DNA of 64,000 nucleotides. Source: Acanthaster planci (lineage: Eukaryota). Both the position numbers and the translations under genes were made by a program. Location: NCBI RefSeq assembly GCF_001949145.1, contig NW_019091360.1, positions 4,296,159 through 4,360,158 on the forward strand, written 5' to 3'. This document shows, piece after piece, positions 12,164 to 26,160 of the stretch (position 1 is the stretch's first letter; every line of letters begins with the position of its first letter). Below the pieces are notes generated by a model, which made no database searches, was not told where the DNA came from, and saw only the letters and a list, made by a program, of their open reading frames with translations.

Positions 12164-15100
12164 GAAATGATAACTGTTTCTTAAAGCAAGGTTACATAAG
12201 CTTGAATAAGAAAAGATTTCCTTGTAATATGAAGAACGTGTTTGACGTATGAAAGAAGACAGTAATGGGCCTTCTGTTCTAACCTTCACTCCGATACACC
12301 GAGAACCAGTTTTGATTTCTTCCCAACTTTATTGCGAGAGGTATGCAGCTGCTAGTTGGAATTCGCACAAAACAAGACGTAACACCTCGGTAGTGATAAT
12401 TCTTCCTGAAAAGAACTACGTACCTGAATAATGCGCGGCAGAAATATCAGGTTATAAATATCAGAATATAAGGTTGTTGTAGGTTTCTTTCCCTTTAGAA
12501 TATAACTTGTTTTATTGTCATGCGTCATTTTTTTGTTTCTCGTTACTGGACTTAACACCAGATAACAAAAAAGTTAATCTTCAAACTAAAAGACTCGTCA
12601 AAGACCAACTTATTCCAATACCATAAAGACGGAGGTTGACTGCTGTCAAACTGAACCCAAACTCTTGTTGTGTGTACAGCAACGGATGGAATTAAAAAGA
12701 ACATATATCACATCTACTGGGATCAGCTGCAGATACCAACGTCTGCTCTTACGGGTAGTTCGTCTTCGTTTTTATCCGCCACACAGACTTAGGGATGCGA
12801 CGTTACACTGTTACTATATACTGTCATACTCTCTGGAGTCGTTAGATTTCCCACCTTTATTTTCCTAAGTTACCCTCGCAGATGTAGCTAATGAAATTGT
12901 TCAGGTCTCCCTCCAATACACTGCAGAAGTCCTCATCAATTTAAGTGACAAAGGTGTTTTGCCTGAAGCAAGGAATTCCTCGATGAGTGATGAACTCACT
13001 CGGCAACCGGACGATATCAAGGAGCACTAATGTAAAATCATTTTGACTGAAAATATCGGATTCACGCACAGCCCGCCAATCACTTCCCAATAACTTTACT
13101 AGAGACTGTCAGTACTTTGCGACGGAGCGTTTCAAAAGATATCTAAATTAGATTGAACATGTGTTTGCTCATACTTTGTGAGGAGCTCCAAGTTGTTGAT
13201 AAACACGAATCGATTTTTCAGACATATGGTTGCCTAATATTGAAAGAGTCGATAAAAATTCAGCAGTAAATATTTTTTATTCAGAGTTTACAATACATTT
13301 GGCAATTGAGAAATACATTTTATGGCCAACCTATGAAAGACGTGTACCGGTTTCTACCTCATTTAAATATTGTAAATTAAGTTATCATCTTTCCAGGTAG
13401 TGCTGCATCCATGATATAAAACAAATTTGTTTAAAATAAAATTCAAATTTAAAATAAAATTCAAAATTTGAAGCTTATCAGAACAGCCTTTGGGAATCGC
13501 TTTGGATGTCGGATTTGTTTTCAATACGATAATAAATGTCAAATAGCAAATATTGGTGCATCAAAATTAAAAAATTGAAGCTGATTCGTCTAACATTTGA
13601 CAGCTCGTCGTTACTTTTTCAGTCTGGTGACTGAATTTTGCCTTTTTCAAAACGTACAGGGTGATTGTTCCCACGATGATGTCTTCTTATAGACTGTGCA
13701 TCCATCCATGCGTTCATGTGAAGACTTCAGGAAAATGTTAAAGAAATTTTGTGGGGTTCATTTCCCTACTAAATTACAGCTCCAAAATCCATGACTTATC
13801 TTCTAATCATCCTCAGGACAGAGAAAAGAATTTGCATTTGAAAGAATTTTTGTCGTCAATTGTCCATTTTGGGAAGACAAAATGACACTCAACCATTCCA
13901 AACGCCAGAGAATTTTTAAGCATCTATGCACATGAGAGACGTATAGGACTGATACCTAAATATCTTTATAGAAGGTAAATTTACCGAAGCAATTTGGTAT
14001 GAGCAATATATTAGCTGAAATGATTCACGGAGGAAAACAAACGTTCAGTAAAGCCGAGGTGGGTTCATCGGTAGGTCGCACACCGGTGGTGCATTATGCA
14101 ACCATTTGTCCGATCCATATTCACATCATCATAGATAAAGTCTTGCTTGTTAACCAAATGCATTCATACAAAGTATAATCAACTTAATTGGCAGGTGTGT
14201 CTGGGTCTAGTCCTTTTACATGATGGATCTTTTTCATGTAGATAATGGCTTGTAATCCTCATTAGCTTATGCATTGACTAACAATCATAATAACCCATAG
14301 TATTATAATACAAACATTCTTTACCTCAGCTGTGTTCAAGGTACTCCTTGATACTTTTGTCGTGACATCTGTACCAATACTGGTTCTACCAGAATATTTT
14401 TTTCTTGTTGGATAATTACTGTTGACTAAATTGCAGAGCTTTGTTTGAAAGGTGATGTTTTCCCTCTTGGGGGGAGGGGGACAATCATGAAATCATTGCT
14501 CTGACAGAGATTGCATTTTCTTCAAGGCTTCTTTGTTCACTGTGTTAACATAATTGTTAAGTTATTAGCGGGGCCAATCCCTGCACGTGGAATGTGTGCA
14601 AAATTTTATCAGAATTGGAGAACGAAGGACTGTTTAGGAATCAAATTGGACAAATACTGAATGGGTAAGTTTCTATAAACAGTTTAAAGGCCTAGACAAT
14701 CTTACGGTCACTGACCATTTTCAAACACGATTACCACGTGAGAATTTTGCATTGCTGTACAATTTTGAGTTTGTCATCAAACGCTATCCCTGTGCAGAGT
14801 AATCATTTGCTAAAACAAATCTTGTATTCTTGAAGACTCCAATGACTTCTTTCATCAGTTTGTTTACGAACAATTTTCCAGAGGGAAACAGTACTTGTAG
14901 AATGTATTACAATACACAGTGGGAAACCGCATCGTGTGTTTTGTGTTTGATTCGCCTTACACAGGGCGCATTGTAATTGGAAACAAATGACGACTGAAAT
15001 ATCTAAGATGATGAACCCGAGCGAAGTGTGGACTAGCCAAGACTTGGTGTTTATCTTAAGTGAAGAAATCTTTTCTCTTAATTAATAAACTAGTGCAAGC

Positions 15101-17654
15101 AAGGGACAACTATGCACCAACATATGATTGTAAAAGTATCGAGACAGACACACATAAGCCAGAAACTGATCAATGTGGCGCACCTTTTCCTCCTTTGCTT
15201 TCCTTATGTATGATTTCGTGAAAAGAAAAATAATGTGATAAAACCGGAAGCTGTGATTGATCCCAAAGGACCTCCTGCTGTCCTTATGCTCTAGTCCCTA
15301 TTTCAGACATAGTGTATGAAACCTGAACGCCAATTGACCTATACTCCGACCTGAGAATGGTTGTCCCACTAAAAGCCGAATAATCTTCAATTCACCGATA
15401 GCCTGAAATTCACGGTCACTGCTTTTTCTGAATACAGAAATAATGTTAATGATACATTGGCAGCTCACCCCTTGTTATTATGACGTTTAAATCAACTTCA
15501 ACTTGTTACTTCTCTAACTATTGTTAGACAGAGTATGAAAGAACTAAAAATATATTAAAAACGAAATTATCAATACGTGAAATCTATCGAACGACTGCCA
15601 AATTCATAAGAAGGCATATAATTGTAGTCATTTCAAGACACTAAATGTTTACATTATAATGGTACAAATTTAACAGTTGCATCGAACAAAACATGGATGC
15701 TTGATGGCGTTCATATCCAAACAGTGTCCCAGATGTATTGCTTATATTTTCAACTCGATAATGGCTTTGTGCAACTCGATACACAAGGCAGTTTGTCCTG
15801 TTTATCGCCTTTGGTGTTTTGTCATTATCACCAGAAAGTGAACAATATTTCACGCGCAAGAAAATGCCTATAGCCTAGGGTGTCTGGATGCGCGGCAGAT
15901 GGATTCTATCCCACCGGGACTACCTTCCGCGTTTGACAACTAAACGTCAAACCACTTCAGTCGTCCTCTGGTGAATTCCGAACGACTACTGTGCGAGATT
16001 TCAGTCGAGCGCGGAATTCGTCACGCTGAAAATAACGCCAAAAATCGACTGAGTGATATCATGGAGATCAGCAAAAAAATTACAGAAGGAGAGTCAAAGA
16101 TTTGGGGTTTATTTTGTTTAACGGAAGACTTGAGGCCTGGCATGGTGATGATCGATGTTTGTGGGTAGGCCTGCATCACGTGATAAGCCCTTAGCTCTGA
16201 GAGACTTTCGGTAGAAGAACTCGGCATATCGCCTTCAGTGTACTTACATTAACCGTAAGTAGACTGATTTACATAATAATATTTTGTGTGGTCAACATGA
16301 GGCGTTTTAGGAATGCTTTGCACTGCTCCGTTGTACAAAATATCATAGGATTTTGAATAACAAAAGATGAACCAAGCTTTTCTGTTAAATGCCTTGGGTG
16401 CACTTAGTGACTACAGTTGACTTATCAAATTACCAACACGGGGGGATTTTTTTACATTCGAAAGTGACCTCTCTTGCGGCAAGAAATGTGCTTACTCCCT
16501 TCCTACCTTTGTATCAAAGAAGAAGAAAATAATGTTTCATTTCAGTCTGTCAATCGCTCCTTAGTATACCGTGTAAGAAGTTAAATTCTACTTCAGCATT
16601 TATAGGCGTAAAATGCATGAATTCTATGAATTCTTTTTTTCACCAGTGGCCTAATTTTCTCATCCCATTTCAATAGGCATAGATTTAATGATATTTTAGT
16701 TTTTACCGGATGACTTCATTTCGCCTAGTGTACCTCAAGTGGCTTTTGCGTCACAAACCCTTGACTTCTTGAAGACTGCGCTAAGGAAGAAACTTATGGG
16801 GGTTTAAATGTCCTTGATATATGTCACGATGTTGAAAATTGCCCACAGCATTTCGAGTCCACCTCTTCTGTCGCAAGCACCATAAGTAAATGGCTAGGAT
16901 GTACAATCAAGGATGAAGACAGGCTGTATCTACGGAATTAAACCCCAAAACATGAAATTACTGGACAGAAAAAGGTACAGTTGACATGTGTATCTCTAGT
17001 AGTTTCCCAGCCTAGATTCTGATTGATGCTGGCCAAATTGTCTGTTGTAACACCTGCTCTCCAAACCCCAGCCGCTAGCAATAGAAGCCTTTGCCAATAT
17101 GTAAATTTGTAAGGGCCGTTTGGAATACTGTAGGGATAACAAATCACGGGTACACCGAAGGGGAATCGTCTTTGAACTTTAAAAACCAAAAAACAAAAAA
17201 CAAATAACTGTTTCTTTTATCACCTCTGTAGGCTGAATAGTTAATGGTTTATTTTTTAATGTAATGCACTGTGGTAACTTCAAAAGGAGGAATTTGCGAT
17301 AAATTGGATCAACTAGGCCTAAGTGTGTGTATTACAAAATCAAAATTTTTCTTTTGTTCATTTTGTAAGTCCAGAAGACTCTAATTTATTGCATTTTGTT
17401 TTGCTCTTTGGAGTATCCAGAACCTTTTTTCGAACCTCACACTGAGCTCAGATAACACCTTCCAGCATTTTTGACTAGTTGTTAATGTTCTATCGTTCAT
17501 TTGTGGGATTAAAAAGTACTAACAAATTTGAGAAGAGTATTTGCTCCTCCATTTGAAAGTGAATAACGATTTCATGCAAATGCTAATTCATGGTTATATT
17601 GTCAGAACTTGTTTCCAGCCACAATTAACCACCATTAAGTCGCAGAAATTTCCC

Positions 17655-17784
17655 CGTTGGCCAATCACAATGCGCAAAATCTGTTGACCCAATGCGAGTT
17701 TGGAAAGGGTCAACAGATTTCGCGCATTGTGATTGGCCAACGTGATGGAAACTCGTGGAGGCGCGATATTGTGAAATGCCCGTA
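17655..17784. mobile_element. Truncated second copy of the palindromic MITE at 4717-4888
   Basis: TGGCCAATCACAATGCGCAAAATCTGTTGACCCAATGCGAGTTTGGAAAGGGTCAACAGATTTCGCGCATTGTGATTGGCCAACG...TATTGTGAAATGCCCGTA matches the 4717 copy; the left terminus is missing. Confidence 0.8.
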
Positions 17785-20700
17785 TTAGTCATTGTTATGT
17801 CTCGTTTTTAGCGCTCTAGTTTACATTCTTGTCAAGGGGCATCACTGGTGTATTATGATTAGCGGAATCTAGACAAAACTTTGAAACTTTTCCCGTTACA
17901 TTCGGTGTTTGTAATTGTCTTTTGAAATGGGAACATGAAGATAATTCTATGAAGTTCAAAATAACAACGAAATAAAGCATAATTGCTTAAATATTTTGTA
18001 GAAAGCGAGGACACTACACACCATGTATATAATATATTTCCCCCCTGGAATTTACCACAAAAATAAAAGATAAGAAATGCGGATGTGAGGCCTGTCGCTG
18101 GCCGTTTTTTAAGATCACTGTTCGCGTCATTTTGAGGTACGGATTTAGACGTGCTTTCAAGTGTATCAAACTTTACGCTTGGTAGTCATTGAATTATCTT
18201 GATTCCTTATACCTCTGGATGCTATGCATTGTATTCCTGAAGACTTTAGGTTTGTAGAAAAAAAATACAGTCGCAGTATTTGACCTCCAACTGAAATATA
18301 TTCCTGGGCATAGATCATAATGTCGCCTGGTATTCGTAGGGCTATTTTGCTGGCTGTCAACAAGCCATGAAATTGGTAGTTAAATCTACATGGAATACAT
18401 GAGACGTTGCAGGGATAATTTGATTCACCTGCAGGTTTCACTTTTCCTTTTTTTTTTTTAAATGAAAAGACCAGCCAGTGATATAATCAAATCCGAATAC
18501 CACACCTGCAATAATAAGCGTTACTATATCAAACTAAAATTTCTATGCTTCCACGTTACCTTCACACAATGTTGAACGGTGGTCAAACATTATTGAAAAA
18601 TTTTAATATAAAAATTCATAAATCGTTTCTTACAGTCTGTGAAGCAGGTGTTTGCCATCTTCCAAGGATGGTTTTGGTGGCGGGTAGACAAAGACGATTC
18701 GGAAGATTAATAGTAAGAGTCTCTGTTTCATATCACAATCCCATTAAGATTACATTTGTTTTGCGGTTGTTTGGTTGGTTTGTCTTGTCGTGTTCTTTTT
18801 TAGATATTCTTGTTCAGAAAAAAAAGAAAGGATTGATTTGATGGTAAAAAGCTTTGAAATTATCGGCTTAAAACCTGTTAACCGTCTTAGTGTATAAATG
18901 AGATTCCTGTATGCTAAATTCAGTTTGGAAATGACCCCCTTTGTTTGAATTTTCTAATCCTCACATTTGCCGGTGTGCTGTTCAGTTTGTTACCTTTATT
19001 TATTTGTCTTCAATCATCATAACTGGCTGACCAAAGTGTCAGTTGACAAATGTCGGAAGCAACTGACAGGTCACTCAAAAAATGTCCGACATTCACCAGG
19101 CAAAACTCCACAGCCATAGGTCAACTTACGTGCATGGACTTAAAGAAATTCTCGCTGTCCGTGTTGCAAATTGGTTAATAAACCCAATGATCCTAAACAC
19201 TTATATGAAATAAAAAATCAAGGTATATAGATATGTCCTGTTCAGACTACAATGTCAAAGTATCCAAACAGATCAGAATGTATCACGTGTCTACTCCACG
19301 ATATATAGCAAACTATACGCTTTGTTTACTAGCCACGAATACTGAAATGAGTAACGGGTGCTGTGAATTCAATGTATATTATGCATTCATTCAGTCTAAG
19401 GAAAGTTTGTTAATATCTGATGGGCATGGAGTATGCTTCGAACACAATGTCATACTAACTGTGTGACAAGCTGTAGGAGGTTCCTTTCTCTAGGGTTCCT
19501 TTCTCTAGAAAGCTTCTCTGTCTGCGCTTTTGAATTGACATTGGTAAAATAGATGTTGTTGGACCGTATCTTCATTGTAATTCAGTCATAGTCATTCATG
19601 GTTGTCATTTCTATTCTTACTGTAAGTATGTCCACTTGAATGCGAAATTAAAAACCGCCTCCTTGCTAGCCTTGGTCTTGATTGATTTTCTGAATTTAAG
19701 CAATCAACGGATAACCTCCGCTAAATATCATCCGCTGATGGTACTTGGCAGGGTACTTAACTCACCAAGCACGTCTCTAAACGGACTCCTACGTGAAAAT
19801 ATATTGTGTCCTGGGGGTAGAGACGTGGAGCCTTGTCTCTTGAACCTTCTTGAACAAGAATGTTGGACAGGTTTTGGGTGCGGCGTGTAACACGACGTTC
19901 ACTAGTTTAGAAGGGTTGATTGATACCATTTACAATGCATTCCATCATCTGACATGTTTTAATTACTTGTTCCAAGACTTACGGCAGTCTTGAGCCTTTT
20001 GCTCAGCCTTTTGCCGATATCTGATGCCTTGCTTTAGGGTATCTTTAACTGTCTGTATAATAATTTGACTCTCACAAAATTATTCCTTATTCTCTTAAAT
20101 CATGCTTTTCTTTTAACACCTCTCACCGTTGCAACCAGGGGCATACATCCCGGGGGACGCAAAAATTGTTTCCCTCCACATTTTGACCAAAGGATGAGCC
20201 ATTTTATCATCAGCCCACGCGTTTTGTTTGTGAGAATCAAAACGTGAAGAATTTGAGGATAATTTCGAGCACTCCATCAGCCCAGATCTATGAAATAGAA
20301 CTGAGAAGCAGTAAACTAATTTGGCGAAAACTATTACAAGAAAGCAGTGCGGTGATGTTTATACATTGCCGCGTAAGTGAGCGAATATACAGTAAATTTT
20401 GTAGGCCTATGTCATGGATTTGGGTCATCGCAAATAAACCCAATCGCCAGTACGGATTTATGTCTCTAAATACATTCAGAAACATCGTCTGTCTAATCTT
20501 TCAACGAACGTTTTGAGATGAAAGTAAAAATATAAATCTATATCCTATGCTGAGGAAGATTGGAAAATGGGTGAGAAATTGCAAACGTTTATGCCACTTG
20601 TAATAATACTGTACTGTTGGCTAAATGAGAGTCTTGTCACTCGGTTTGGGCCTATGATATAACATTGGTCTGTACACTCAATATAAGAGGTAATCTACGA

Positions 20701-20943
20701 AAAGTTCAAGTCAACGTCTCCACTACTCTCCATTATCTCTCCTGTAATGTTTTAAAAGGATGTGCTTTCTGCCATGTTTTTTACTTTAAATGGTGCGCTA
20801 ATTTTTATGGTAAGCACCATATTTATGTGCTTGCTGTATACTTTTGATGTGTAGTGGAACACGGGGTTGCTACTTTTAGCTTTTAATCCAGGGTTCTTTA
20901 GAAGAACAGTTCTTGAAAAAGATGATTAGGCAAACCCGTTATA

Positions 20944-21609
20944 CAGGGTGTCATAAAAAAGGGAGATGACAAGATGACATTGTTTCAATTTTGTTATATG
21001 ACTGATTATTTTTGGCAACTGGTAACCATCATCTGTTTCCTTATGATGTCATCTTTCGTGTGACACCAAGAAGTCCGAGTTTTCGCCACAGATGACCGAG
21101 TATGAAGTGGTTTAATGGACCAGGCCAGAAATGGCTTTGCGCCTAATTGCTGCTTTGATGTTAAATTCCTACTGTCCAGAGATGGCTGTTTTGTCCGAAT
21201 TATGTAATGTTTGCTAGAATCTCCAAACTGCATATTAACTATTTTGAAGCGATGAGAACAAGGGCAAAAATTTGAGTTGAAAGAAGTTGGGGGCATATTG
21301 AAAGAAAGTGCATGGTGTTAGGCTGAATAAACCCCTAACTGTGGGTGTCTTTGATTTAATGATTTTGGTACTATACATTATGCTTCACGCTGTGCAAACC
21401 TGTGACGCATCTAGTGCAAAGCCATTTCTGACACGGTCAACGGTCCATTAAACCACTTTGTGCGCGATCATGCGTGACAGAAATGGGGATTTTTGGTATC
21501 CTATGAAAGAAGACATCATACTGAAACAGATTACATTGACCATTTACAAAAATAATGTCACATTCAAGAAACAGATTATTTAATCTCGTTTACATTTTTA
21601 AACATCCTG
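20944..21609. mobile_element. Tc1/mariner-like MITE with long subterminal inverted repeats
   Basis: TA|CAGGGTGT ... ACATCCTG|TA termini with TA on both sides; ~150-200 bp imperfect inverted arms (AAGTGGTTTAATGGACC...CAGAAATGGCTTTGC / GCAAAGCCATTTCTG...GGTCCATTAAACCACTT). Confidence 0.75.
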
Positions 21610-24600
21610 TATAAAATGAAACAAAATATATAATAAATTATACATAATATATTATAAACGCACTCAATTTCTTCTCACTTTCAGTAAAAAAAAAAGATAC
21701 AGAGTTGCCTCAGCATGTTGTGGTTTTTGTGGTCATGCCCAAAAACCTCAGCTGCGCCTGAAATCACATAGAAGCCTATGACACTGGCTGTGGTCACTTC
21801 CCATAGAGTTGTGTGTAGTCTCAAGCCGCAGTCATGTAATTCCGACACCCTCTATATTGGATAACCTTTCTGTACGTGGACCAAACCGTGACCTAAACAA
21901 TGCCTTGCAATATTTAGCATGATATCAAAGTCATAGAGGGTTAAAAGCTCCTAATGCAAATGAAAGAAACGCACAAGAAAATGTGTAGAAATGAGATTCC
22001 TTCGGAATGCCCACGAAATAGGTTTCAAAATAATATTTATGGGACGCAATAACTTCGTCGGCTAATATTAGGAAAATTATATGCATTGGAGTACAATACT
22101 TGTTACTGTCATGTAACTCAGTAATATTGTAATAACATATAGATCCAAAAATTACACAAACAATGAAAAATAAAGAAGTAAAAAAAATAAGAAATACGCG
22201 CATGGTTCCAATCCTGTTGTTTGGTGTTTTATTTTATGCAGTGAAACGTTACGCTGTCGTTATTTTCTCTCCAATTCTGTCCATCATTGATTAAAACTTT
22301 CACTTCAGGAAACTATTACCACTAGCATCAAACTATGAAGAGATCGGTTGCTGGTTTGTTTTCACAAGATTCGTCTTACTGATTCTAAGTGAAGTAAATG
22401 TAACTGTGATTTCATGCATGTTTACCGTACGTATTACTATTTCAAAGAAAAATGGAGAAAACATTGCATCCTAACAAAACATAGGCCTAAAGTAAGTTCT
22501 ACTCCGCACTCTTCCCACAAATCACCGAGTAAATACAAAACAAGGTAATTGTACACGTTGTTGTTACTGCCTCCGTCGAGTCACACCTAGCTTCTCACTT
22601 TTTATAAAATAAACCTGGAGTGACTGTTTCATTTTCAAGTCGGAATTCAGGAGAAGCCAGGGTGGAAAACAAGTCCTACCGTGCGTTTACGCCTACACGC
22701 TGTGAATGGAACGTCGCTAATGGAAGAGTGTAGTTGGAAAATACCAAAAAGCTTTCAAATTGGGATACTTCCATTAGAATAGCAATAACCAAATTGGCAA
22801 TTCATCTATATATGTCATGTAGGCGTGTTGCTATAAAAGGTATCACATTTGTACAAAATCGCCTTAACCAAAACTATATTTCCTGAAGTAAAGTATCCGT
22901 TTTGTTGGAAGAAAAAGCGCTGAATATCGTTCCAAATAAAGTTGAACTTTAAAAATCGGAAAACTTGCATCACTGGTTATATCATTATTTAATGTATTAC
23001 AAGCGTTAATTCATATACATGTATTCACGTATGTTGTGGTGGGAGTATCAATGAAAACTATGAAGCCATCTCCATCTTGAATGTTGTAGTATCCGCTTTT
23101 TCGTCCTGTTTTATACAGGACGAAAAAGCGGATATTGTTTTTTGAGGCTAAAATGCAAACTGACTGTTTTCTATTTGATTTTGCATGATGAGGTTGATTT
23201 CCAATCACAGGGGTTATTCCCAAACGCATATTGAAATTGAACAAAACAAAATACCAATACGCGGTCGTCATGCCCCCGAATCAAAGCACATCTCCAAGGA
23301 GTTGCTCTAAAACTGAAAAACAAGAGAGTGTTTGATAATATTTTTATTTAAATTGTAATCGTTGGGGGTTGCCTTTTTTTTTCTTTTTTTACTTTTGCTT
23401 GTCTTTTTTAATCAAACGCTTAATATAAAACCAAAGACCTTTTACTATTGGTGTCGCTTTTGGCAAAGCTGTTATTTTATTAATCCCTGTTTGTTAGAAC
23501 TCGAAAACAGTGTTAAACACCACGCACTAGCGCTCATTCATTGCTAATTAACTCTGCGCACCACAGAGATAAATCGTGGGACGGCATAACTGTAGAAACT
23601 TTCTCCGTGTACACCGACAGTCTTGCAATGTCGCGGTGATACATTGGTTAAACCCCTTACCATCTTACCCTTAACCGATCCGTTACATGGATTGCAATTA
23701 GGAAGCAACATCTCACATCAGTTACACTGCATACAGTGTCCTTCACTGTCAAGAGCTCTCTTACGTCTCACTAAAACCACAACGGTATTAACCTGGCTGA
23801 GACTTTCCAGAGATCAGTTTGATTCAAGGGCGTTGTCATGGATTGTCTGAGATGGATATCGCATCATCCATTTCATTGAAGTTCGACTCCGTCCCATTCA
23901 CTTCTTTGAACGTAACGTATATACAAAAGACGCAGACAGTAACAGTCAGCGGCGATTTACATAAGGCTTTCGTTCAGCTGTAATCTAACCACTCTGTCAA
24001 TTAGTTGAAGACAGATTAAATTTAAGTTTTATATTTCCCTTTCCAGCCATTCTCCAATTACCGCTTGGCAGCATGCCTGAATTTTCATGCCCTTTCATTA
24101 TACGTCAGAACCGTATATTCAGATTTAAAATCCACGAAGCTGTGGAGTTCTGACAAAAATTTAAAATTCCAACAGAGTTTTGTCTTTTTGTCTTTCCATA
24201 AAATTTATCCTTAGTGTGAGAACTATTGGTAAACCGCTTCATATGTAAAGCTTGATTTGTTTATTGCCCGAACACGTTAATTTCTTGTGCTCTAAAAACA
24301 TTCTCATGTAGCTCTAAATTAGGAAACTAAATCTACAAAATTTCGAGTACATCCTTAAAATTTCCGTAAACTTGCTGACAAGTCATGAGACTTGGGCTAT
24401 AAAATAATATTCTAAATTAAAGAATAAATCTTGTATTCAGCACTTTCCCCATTTTGATCATTTATCAACCAGAACACATCTTGAAGGATTACTTTGAGTG
24501 AACCAAGTTTTGTTTTGGAGGAAGTATAAGTGGAAGGAATAATTTTGAGCCAGTCATTTTTTTTCTGCGAATAACGAATAGAAATGTCTCAGCAAAATCT

Positions 24601-25770
24601 ACAAAAAAGTTCTGACCAATTTGTTGAAAGAAAGAAGTTGGCAGATATGTGGATCGGGTGAGGAAGGAGCAACGGAGTTCATGACCCAAGCAGTTTAATC
24701 AGTTTCTCGTTTATGATGAGAGAAAGATGACTTTAGGAGAATGAATCACTTCCTTTCCTCACCCGAGCGTGTGCAAAGTGTCAAATTATCATAAATCCCC
24801 ACAAAAAGGCCATTATGGCGCATACAGAGAAATACACTTTTCTTCCTTTTGATAAATTTAGTTCTAGATCCGCCCTTTGATTTTCGAAATTTATCCTAAT
24901 GACACTTTTATGGACCAGTGAAACTCTGACGATTACACCACCAAAACCAACTGATCTACTCAGAAATTCTGAAAATACAATCCCCACCCGAAACGAGATA
25001 GCTGAGAAGTAAATGTTTCAACTCCAATCCATTTCAAATTGTAGTATATAAAAGAAAATAGTGAATTTATTAATAAATCTAGCAGCTTCCTCAAGACAAT
25101 TCTAACATCGTTTATAGGGTTGCACGCGAGCTCAAGAAAAGCAAGGGAACGAATTCGAATCTTTGGATTTATTCATGCCTATAATCAAATTCTGTAATTA
25201 AAACCAAAATTAAAACCAACTTTTCATTTGCCACTCAGATTTTACTTTTTCCAACGCAGATAAGCTGCTTGGGCAAAATGGAGTGAAAATCGTAATTGAC
25301 CATCCATCTATACATCACCTTTTACGAATATGCTGACAATGTCCTAGAACAACGGAGTAAAATCTCTCGCGGTTCTAATTCCCTTTGGGTATCGGGGAAG
25401 TTTATTGTAATACTGAATATCACTGCATTCTTGTTCAACCGTTCAAGATGAAATAACGAAAGGCCTGTGTAATGTCAGCGGCCAAAAAATATCCCTTATG
25501 GACGAACCATCAGAACATGAAAGTTTGGACTCACCCTTGATACAAATGGGTCTTCGTGAGCGTGTTCGCTATCGCACATGCGTTCAAAAACATTGACTTT
25601 ATAATGCATTGAAGAAGACACTTTTCCAAATTCTTAGACAATTTTTAACTGTCCAGTCTCATCTACAAGATTCATATTCTGTGCTCTTCATTAAAAAAGT
25701 TTAAATTTGGAAACTAGACTAATATAGATGTATATTTATTTGTAATGAGCAGGCAAACTCAAATCAAATT

Positions 25771-26160
25771 CTTACCTTTCGGGGGGAACTCTTAATGCAG
25801 TTTAGGCACTCGCGTAAAAAGAGTCAGAAATATTGCGACGCAGTGGATGTCAGAGCTTAGAATGAAACTCTAGCAGGCGCGTAAACTCGATGCCGTTTGC
25901 TTCTTTTAAGAGCAGAGTTTTGTAACAAGACAGCCAAGAAAGTTAAGATGAAATCACCTCGGTTTTCATGCTCCGTCGAGACAGATAAATAAGGACTTGA
26001 TTGGGTTGTGCTCTTTGCTGTACGACAGAAGCCTGGGTGTTGAGATGTAAGTCAAAGTGGTTGAGCAGACTATGATGAACCCTACGAGATGACTTCTACC
26101 TTGGACAGTGGTAGGAAACGCGCACACGCCAACACTGACGCACGACAGTTAACCAATGAA
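25771..26160 (-). promoter_or_regulatory. Candidate first (non-coding) exon and promoter of the SK/CCK gene
   Basis: Strong minus-strand donor GAAAG|GTAAGA (exon end 25776); CpG-richer segment; TGACGC (26136-26141) plus TTAACCAAT (26149-26157), as in the candidate promoter at 47.9 kb. Linkage to the CDS is not proven. Confidence 0.3.

Noticed and set aside
12137..12289. 51-aa N-terminal extension of the 209-aa ORF in the track
   Set aside because: It starts at a non-ATG codon, reads through a clear splice acceptor and would bury the signal peptide; the true start is the ATG at 12136.
19983..20052. Minus-strand exon-like segment (TACAG|...|GTAAGT); similar donors at ~14325 and ~25535
   Set aside because: Could be extra 5'UTR exons of the SK/CCK gene, but such motifs occur by chance and there is no transcript evidence.
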